Of a stretch of 43,852 bases of DNA, positions 37,868 to 43,852 are shown one piece after another (the stretch's first letter is position 1; each line of letters begins with the position of its first letter). The stretch is from NCBI GenBank assembly GCA_039190745.1, contig JBCCXZ010000029.1:1-43852 (forward strand), given 5' to 3'. Made by a program: the position numbers and the translations under genes. A model generated the notes under the pieces. The model searched no databases. It was given only the letters and a program-made list of their open reading frames with translations, and was not told the origin of the DNA. Source of the DNA: Planctomycetota bacterium. Its GTDB lineage: Bacteria > Planctomycetota > Planctomycetia > Pirellulales > Lacipirellulaceae.

Positions 37868-38971
37868 TCACGGCTGATCAAACACTTCTTGTCCGTTGCG
37901 CGACCCGAGGGCTGTGTAGACATCACCATCGATGTCGTCGGGGATGAAGTGCACACTGCCATCCGTGTAAACAAAGTTCGCCCCGCCGGGATGGAAACTG
38001 CCGAAGAGGTGGCTGTTGTACTGCATTTCACTATCAGGTGCTCCCTCGGGCATCTCGGGGCGATCGTCGCGGCCCCCGCTGTTGCGATGAAAGCTTGAGT
38101 AGCCCACCACGTTCAGGTTTGCATTCGGGGGGTACTCACGAGCAATGTTCTTGGCCGAGTGCGACGCGGTGCCGAACAACGTCAACCCCACGCCGCCCTC
38201 AGGGTACGTATAGACGAGCTGCGCGTAGTTGCCCTCCAGCCAGCCCCGGAGTTGATACCATTGCTCACCGATCAGGAAGGTGTTGCTCGTGCCGTCGATA
38301 ACGCTCCTTCCTTCCACGACGCTCCCGGGGTACATCATGCCGTCGGTGTTGATGGGACCAAAGAACGTACCGTTCACCCATTCCTGAGTGGGGTCGTTCG
38401 CATCTAGGCTGAGACCCAATTGCGTCCAGCGGCTGACAAAAGAACCCATTACGCCGGAGTAGTTCGACCCCTGGATATTCTCGTTCAGCTCCGAGGTGGC
38501 GTCGTCGTCGCTGGGGCACTGCAGTACCTCGACACGCGTTTCGTTGAGCCGCACGCCTTGGGGGAACCGCCCGTCGAGGAACGAGGCGCTGAGGATGTCG
38601 CCGTTGTTGTTCGTGGCCCACTCGTCGATGCGTCGCTGAATCTCGTCTCCAATCGCCCCGCCCTCCATGTAGGGCAGGATGATCGCCCGCCAGCTCAGGC
38701 CGTTCTCCCCCTCTCCCGACTGGTTGCTGTAGAACGAACCCGGGGGGAAGACGCCTTTGGTCGACTCGTAGTTGAGGCAGGCCAGACCGATGTTCTTAAT
38801 GTTGTTCTGGCAGCTCATCCGGCGGGCCGCCTCGCGGGCGGCCTGGATCGCGGGCAGCAGCAGCGCCACAAGCACGCCGATGATGGCGATCACCACCAGC
38901 AACTCGACCAGCGTGAATCCACGGCGGCAGGAGGCTCCTCGCCGATGAGATTGAAAGGACATGAGCATCAT
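37868..38971 (-). CDS. DUF1559 prepilin-type protein, paralog of 36699-37796
   Basis: [49 protein letters not shown]. Start at one of the ATGs 38971/38968/38962. Confidence 0.92.
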   Translation of the reverse strand: MMLMSFQSHRRGASCRRGFTLVELLVVIAIIGVLVALLLPAIQAAREAARRMSCQNNIKNIGLACLNYESTKGVFPPGSFYSNQSGEGENGLSWRAIILPYMEGGAIGDEIQRRIDEWATNNNGDILSASFLDGRFPQGVRLNETRVEVLQCPSDDDATSELNENIQGSNYSGVMGSFVSRWTQLGLSLDANDPTQEWVNGTFFGPINTDGMMYPGSVVEGRSVIDGTSNTFLIGEQWYQLRGWLEGNYAQLVYTYPEGGVGLTLFGTASHSAKNIAREYPPNANLNVVGYSSFHRNSGGRDDRPEMPEGAPDSEMQYNSHLFGSFHPGGANFVYTDGSVHFIPDDIDGDVYTALGSRNGQEVFDQP

Positions 38972-39129
38972 CAAAGGCCCGCCAAGGAAGGAAGCGTGTG
39001 GGAAAAGAGTGTTCCGGTGCAGCCTACAACTGCCCACATTCAATATCGTACGAAAGCGGCCCAAAAGGGCCAAGAAAAATCGGCGCAAAAGTCTCTCACC
39101 TTTGCGTTGAATGGAGGCTCGGTAGAAGG

Positions 39130-39176
39130 AAAAAACCCGTGCCGCGGCCCGCTCAAGGGCAGCGCGACACGGGTTT
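39130..39176 (-). terminator. Rho-independent terminator after the PEP-CTERM gene 39212-40393
   Basis: aaacccgtg...gccc-gctcaa-gggc...cacgggttt stem with A6 on the + strand (U tract on the - strand). Confidence 0.7.
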
Positions 39177-39211
39177 GATCACATGCCAGGATTCGTGAGG
39201 CGCCGAAACGG

Positions 39212-40393
39212 TTAGCGGCGCCGGCAGGCCGCCAAGCCGACGACCGCCGAAACCAGCAGCAAAGCCGAAGTGGGCTCGGGCACTGCCACGACCGCGGAGA
39301 TTGCCGACCCGGTCCCGAAGTTGGTCGACCAGTCACCGCCCACGGTAAGCGTCTCGCCATCCCGCTGCCCCCGCAAGGCGTCGGCAACATCGACGTCGCC
39401 GTCGCCGTCGAAGTCACCCGGTTGACCGGCCGACGGGGTGATCGTCTCCAGGATCACGTTGTCGACGACCCCTTCCAGGTTGGCTGATACGCCAGAGGGA
39501 GCGCCGATACGGAGGCTGGTGAAGGGGTCGGGCCCGCCGGAGGTGTTGGTGGCCGACGTAAACATCTCGACCGGGATCACTACCTCGGCGTCGACTCCAG
39601 GTGCGCCTACGCCCACCTCAATGTCGCCGTCCAGGTCACGGGTCAGATTCTTCACTCCATCACGGAACAGGTCGAGGGTCACCGTAACGGTGGTAGGCGT
39701 GACGACGGCCTCGTAGCGGTGCCAGCCCGCTCCGATGTCGCCCTGATCGACCAGCTCGTCCTCGTCGGTGTCTAACGAAGGATCGAGCTGGAAATACTGC
39801 CAATTCGGGTTCTGAATGTTGGCGCCGCCATTGGCGCCGAACAACGCGATACGGTAGGCGTAGCCCGTAGTGGGGATGGGCGTCACGCCATCCGTAGGGT
39901 CGACCGCGTCAGCGTTCCAGAAGCCAAGCTCAAGGAAGTTGGTCCCGAACACGCCCGGGTCACGCTCGAACGTGTCGTTGCGGAGACCGATCGTCGACCG
40001 ACGGTTGGCATCGATATTGTCATAGAAATCACCGCCGTACCGAACAGAGAGGCTCTCGGTGGGCACGAGCTCGAAGGGAGGCGGACTCTGCGTGAAACCG
40101 CCGCCATTCCACTCATTGATCCCGTCGAAGACGTTCACGCCGTTCCCCTGGATGCCCGGGGGATCGTCGTACGGGGGAGTGAGGCCGATACCCGTGTTAG
40201 GCACGAGCTGCCCGGTAGAGACGATGCCCGTTAGGTCGAAGGTGCCATCGCTGGTGGTCGCCTTCCAAACGGTTTCCAGGTCGGTCGTGCTTGTGTAGCT
40301 GTCGAAGTCGTCATCGACGATGACGACTTGAGCATGGGCCGTGGCGGCCGTTAACGCGAGGGTCAATCCAAGGAGCAGAATACGAGCGGGCAT
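39212..40393 (-). CDS. PEP-CTERM protein with lectin/LamG-like beta region and dockerin-like repeat
   Basis: Signal peptide ending TAHA; GWHRYEAVVT and VVDNVILE beta-sandwich-like pattern; GDFDGDGDVDVAD; VPEPTSALLLVSAVVGLAACRRR. Confidence 0.82.
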   Translation of the reverse strand: MPARILLLGLTLALTAATAHAQVVIVDDDFDSYTSTTDLETVWKATTSDGTFDLTGIVSTGQLVPNTGIGLTPPYDDPPGIQGNGVNVFDGINEWNGGGFTQSPPPFELVPTESLSVRYGGDFYDNIDANRRSTIGLRNDTFERDPGVFGTNFLELGFWNADAVDPTDGVTPIPTTGYAYRIALFGANGGANIQNPNWQYFQLDPSLDTDEDELVDQGDIGAGWHRYEAVVTPTTVTVTLDLFRDGVKNLTRDLDGDIEVGVGAPGVDAEVVIPVEMFTSATNTSGGPDPFTSLRIGAPSGVSANLEGVVDNVILETITPSAGQPGDFDGDGDVDVADALRGQRDGETLTVGGDWSTNFGTGSAISAVVAVPEPTSALLLVSAVVGLAACRRR

Positions 40394-40686
40394 AAGCAAT
40401 CAGTCCTCTGGCGTGCCGCCGTCACGGGCCAGCACGCTCTCTTAGAAGCCATGGATCCAATGGAAGAAAAGCCTGGGTACGGTCGCCCTCTATTTTGCCA
40501 ACCAAACCCGGATCAACCAAACAAAACGAGCGCATTTTTTCCTTTTACGTGCGCAGCATTTTTTGATTGACTTGCCAGACCGAGGGAGCCTCCAAGAAGG
40601 CCCGCACTACTGGCAAAGGCCATCTTCACAGCCCCTGGCGGAACCCTAAGTAAGAAAATCCGCGAAGAGGCGCGAGAGAAGAGAAG

Positions 40687-40759
40687 TGGAGCCGGACGGG
40701 ATCGAACCGACGACCTCCGGCTTGCAAAGCCGGCGCTCTCCCAGCTGAGCTACGGCCCC
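40687..40759 (-). tRNA. tRNA-Ala (anticodon UGC), CCA not encoded
   Basis: GGGGCCGTAGCTCAGCTGGGAGAGCGCCGGCTTTGCAAGCCGGAGGTCGTCGGTTCGATCCCGTCCGGCTCCA; G3:U70 alanine identity pair. Confidence 0.97.
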
Positions 40760-41352
40760 TCACGACGCACCCGATCAGCCGGACGCATTCCAGAGCGGTG
40801 ACGTGGAATTCTAGCCCACGCCCATCCCTCCGCAAGCCGACCACCCCGGCGGCCCAGGCGCAGCCTGCTAATGCGGACACCAACTTAGCCGGATTCTCGT
40901 AGTAAATGGCCACTTGCTCTGATACACAAAGAGGGGTCGCCAAGCCGATCCCGCCGCATCAGAACCGCGATAACGTGCGAGGGGTAGCGTGCACCCGCAA
41001 ACATCCCCAAACGCCCTAATATAGTCACGAGAAACTCGGCCCCTAAGAACCTAAACCGGCCTTCATTAAGACCGATGCCCCGCAGGCTGCACACAGCAAA
41101 ACCAGTACTCGACGGCGGTCCGAGCCGGACAAAACGCCCGACTTTTGGCGTATCGCCGCGTGTACCCGTTTCCGTGCCTAAAGGACAAAACCCGGCCGAG
41201 TGTTGCCATTCCGCAACACCGCGCTGCCCCGCCGCAACAACCGTTTGGGCCCCCGCCGCCGCGGCGTCTACTGTGCTCAGAATGCTAGGGCCCAGAACGC
41301 TCCCGCCCAGCGACCAAGCCCGCAACCGGGCCCCCCACAGGAACACATAAAC

Positions 41353-42132
41353 GTGCAGATCCTCCTAACCAACGACGACGGCATCTACGCCCCCGGCCTC
41401 GCCGCAATGGAACGCCAGTTGCGGTCTATGGGTGACGTGCAGGTCGTCGCCCCGCTCACCGAGCAAAGCGGCGTCGGGCACGCCATCACCTACTTAACCC
41501 CGCTCATGGCAAGAGAAGTCTTCGACGAAGGCAACCACCGCGGCTGGGCCGTCGAAGGCAGCCCCGCCGACTGCGTCAAACTCGCCGTCGCCGAGCTCTG
41601 CCAGCAGCGGCCCCAACTCGTCATCAGCGGAATCAACAGCGGCCAGAATTCAGGAATCAACGTCCTCTACTCCGGCACCGTCGCCGCGGCCATCGAAGGA
41701 GCCTTCTTCGGCATCACCAGCATCGCCGTCTCCCTGGAGTACGACGACAACCCCAACTACGACCGAGCCGCGGAACTCGCCCTCCAACTGATCCAGCAAG
41801 TCCTCCAACACAAAGACGACCGCCCCCAACTCTACAACCTCAACATCCCGACCGCCGCCCTCGCCGGCACGCCCACGGTGAAGGTCGTCCCGATGGCCAC
41901 CTCGCCCTGGGGCGAAGCCTTCGAGCGACGCACCGGCCCCCGCGGCAAACCATACTACTGGGCCGTCGGCAAACAACCCGTCACCCCCCAACACGCACCG
42001 ACCGACCTCTCCGAACTACGCCAGGGCGACATCACCCTCACCCCGCTCGACTTCGACATGACCCTGCACGAAGAACTCGAAACCATGCGTTCGTGGAACC
42101 TGTCGGTCAGCAACAACGAACCGGCCTCATAA
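41353..42132 (+). CDS. surE: 5'/3'-nucleotidase SurE
   Basis: ILLTNDDGIYAPG, VAPLTEQSGVGHAIT, GSPADCV, SGINSGQNSG, YSGTVAAAIEG. GTG start at 41353. Confidence 0.95.
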   Translation: MQILLTNDDGIYAPGLAAMERQLRSMGDVQVVAPLTEQSGVGHAITYLTPLMAREVFDEGNHRGWAVEGSPADCVKLAVAELCQQRPQLVISGINSGQNSGINVLYSGTVAAAIEGAFFGITSIAVSLEYDDNPNYDRAAELALQLIQQVLQHKDDRPQLYNLNIPTAALAGTPTVKVVPMATSPWGEAFERRTGPRGKPYYWAVGKQPVTPQHAPTDLSELRQGDITLTPLDFDMTLHEELETMRSWNLSVSNNEPAS

Positions 42133-42176
42133 CCAATCCAACAGCGACTCCCCAAACCAAGCGAAGGAATGCCCGG

Positions 42177-42704
42177 ATGACCATACCCAAGAAAACCCAA
42201 ACACTGATGGCCGCCCTGCTGACCGCAGCCTTCGTCGGTTGCGAGGTACCGGAAGTGGAAACCGTCGATGTCCCCACGCCCCCGCCCACCGCAGCCGCCG
42301 AAGCCGAGCCGGAGCCCCAAGCCGAAGAAGGCTTCCTGCCCGACGGCCGCCTCGACATGTCCGGCGTCCCCGACGAACCGCCCATGACCAGTGCAGTCCC
42401 ACGCCCAGTAACGGCCAAGGACCCGCTCAAAGGCAAGCGTTCCCGCCGCGCCGGCGGCTACCTCGGAACCACCGTTGGAACGCTGCCGTGGGCCGAGAAC
42501 GAAATCCTCTTCATCAAGATCAAGTCCGACCTCGAAGTCTACAACGCCATGAACGGCGACTACCCCCAGTCGCACGAGGATTTCATGGAGAAGTTCCTGC
42601 CTCAAAGCGTCCAAACGCTCCCCAAACTTGAGCCCGGCGACGAGTACCTCTACGACCCGGAAGACAACACCCTCAAAATCTGGCGACCCGGCGATGCCGG
42701 TTAA
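42177..42704 (+). CDS. Hypothetical lipoprotein with Pro/Glu-rich linker
   Basis: MTIPKKTQTLMAALLTAAFVG-C lipobox; C-terminal IKSDLEVYNAMNGDYPQSHEDFMEK...LPKLEPGDEYLYDP. Confidence 0.7.
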   Translation: MTIPKKTQTLMAALLTAAFVGCEVPEVETVDVPTPPPTAAAEAEPEPQAEEGFLPDGRLDMSGVPDEPPMTSAVPRPVTAKDPLKGKRSRRAGGYLGTTVGTLPWAENEILFIKIKSDLEVYNAMNGDYPQSHEDFMEKFLPQSVQTLPKLEPGDEYLYDPEDNTLKIWRPGDAG

Positions 42705-42739
42705 CCGATCACCACTTTCTCCTCTCCGTGACCAGCACC

Positions 42740-43507
42740 ATGAACGACCCACGCAACAACACGCTGCCCTCGTACGTCTGGCGACTGATCCTCGCCGCGG
42801 CCGTCGTTGCCGCTGCGCTCTTGGCCGGCTCGCAGGCCCGGGCAGAAAACACCGGAGTTGCGCAGGTCACCTACCAACGCACGCCCGCGAGCTGGGTCTT
42901 CGCCCGCAGCCGCTACAGCCACGACCCGGCCACCGGCGCCCGCGTCGGGCAGTTCGCACAGGTCGAACCCGTCGAACCGCTCCCCGATCCCCGCGACGTC
43001 ACCAGCGGCTACACCCGCACCCGCACCGTGCTCCGCGGCCCCGACGGCGGCATCAGCACCAGCTACCGCGTACAGAGCTTCGGCAACGGCCGCGGCGGGC
43101 TCGACGCTGAATTCGAGCGGTTCCACGACGCCTGGCGCGGCTCGACCATCGATGGCAGCGGCTTCCAAGGCAACTTTCAGCAGCAGTTCGCTCCATTCGG
43201 CTTCGTCCCGGGCTTCGGCGTGGGGTACGGCCCCGGCTACGGTGGCGGATACGGGCATCATGGATTCCCCGAAGACGACCCCCGCTTCCGGTTCGACCGC
43301 CGCCGCTTCGGGCCGCGGGGCCTGAACAGCGAAGGCTTCAACCATGGGTTCGACAACCCGGCCAACGGGCGGATCGACCCCGACGGCGCCGACAGCTTCC
43401 GCGACGGCCGCCGCCGCACGCCGGACCGCGACTTCTACCCGCCCGGGTTCCGGCCCGGAGTGGAGTCGTTCCTCTTCCGGCCCGACAGGATCGAAGAGTT
43501 CGACTAG
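42740..43507 (+). CDS. Hypothetical exported protein with Gly/Phe/Arg-rich C-terminus
   Basis: Signal peptide ending QARA; SWVFARSRYSHDPATGARV core; GC3-rich codon pattern. Start may be GTG 42728. Confidence 0.65.
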   Translation: MNDPRNNTLPSYVWRLILAAAVVAAALLAGSQARAENTGVAQVTYQRTPASWVFARSRYSHDPATGARVGQFAQVEPVEPLPDPRDVTSGYTRTRTVLRGPDGGISTSYRVQSFGNGRGGLDAEFERFHDAWRGSTIDGSGFQGNFQQQFAPFGFVPGFGVGYGPGYGGGYGHHGFPEDDPRFRFDRRRFGPRGLNSEGFNHGFDNPANGRIDPDGADSFRDGRRRTPDRDFYPPGFRPGVESFLFRPDRIEEFD

Positions 43508-43852
43508 TTGCCCCGACGCCAGCGGCGGAGGTCGAGCGGTTTGCCGTCCTGGTAGATGTCGTAATCAGCCAGCAGCCACTCGCCGGAGGAGTTGGTCCAC
43601 ACCAGCAGCACCTCGTCGAAGAAGAACACCGGCTGACTGCTGCGGGGGTGGCTGCCGTCGAGCCGCCCGCGGAACCGGCTCTCGGCCTGCTGGCCGGTAA
43701 CTGAAACGCGGAGGCTCGTCGCGCCGGCGTCGGTCACCTGGACCTGCGACATCAACGCTTCCACGCCCGACGCCAAGCCGGAGTTGGGGTCTAGCAATCG
43801 CACCACGCCGACCGGGTCGTTGGCCTCAACCGCGGCGACGATCTGCTCCACG
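43504..43852 (-). CDS. Hypothetical protein, 3' part (5' end beyond the window); possibly NTF2-like alpha+beta domain
   Basis: Open frame to the window edge: EQIVAAVEANDPVGVVRLLDP...W....GEWLLADY. Stop overlaps that of the convergent gene. Confidence 0.55.
   Translation of the reverse strand, partial: VEQIVAAVEANDPVGVVRLLDPNSGLASGVEALMSQVQVTDAGATSLRVSVTGQQAESRFRGRLDGSHPRSSQPVFFFDEVLLVWTNSSGEWLLADYDIYQDGKPLDLRRWRRGN

Noticed and set aside
40626..41346. ORFs 40626..40943 and 40885..41346
   Set aside because: The first runs through the tRNA-Ala gene; neither has motifs or the codon bias of real genes here.

Overview
High-GC bacterial chromosomal window, almost certainly from a planctomycete (four DUF1559 prepilin-like genes, PEP-CTERM proteins with dockerin-like repeats, an LEPRxxM-type export leader). 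From left to right: (i) 1-16.9 kb, a cluster whose predicted enzymes together match the chemistry of peptidoglycan breakdown: the 3' end of an S11 D,D-carboxypeptidase (absent from the ORF track), an NhaC-family transporter coupled to an exported M19 dipeptidase, an exported gamma-glutamyltransferase, a large multidomain N-acetylmuramoyl-L-alanine amidase, two duplicated DUF1559/EF-hand-lipoprotein modules, and an isomerase-oxidoreductase-nagB(PIG-L fusion) operon; (ii) 17.1-22.9 kb, complete selenocysteine machinery (oxidoreductase-fused selD divergent from selB-selA-tRNA-Sec), with no selenoprotein visible in the window, followed by an AT-richer SMI1/KNR4-HEAT gene; (iii) 24-33.8 kb, housekeeping genes (two dehydrogenases, rsmA, riboflavin synthase, zwf, gndA) plus an orphan gene, a metzincin-like protein and a SirB1-like protein; (iv) 34-40.4 kb, a DUF819 transporter and a PEP-CTERM/DUF1559/DUF1559/lipoprotein/PEP-CTERM cassette downstream of tRNA-Ala(UGC); (v) surE and hypothetical exported proteins. 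Several intergenic regions hold nested palindromic elements; in two of them the same REP-pair core sits inside different outer inverted-repeat families. No integrase, transposase, rRNA or CRISPR array was seen. All calls come from motif reading by eye; no database searches were run.
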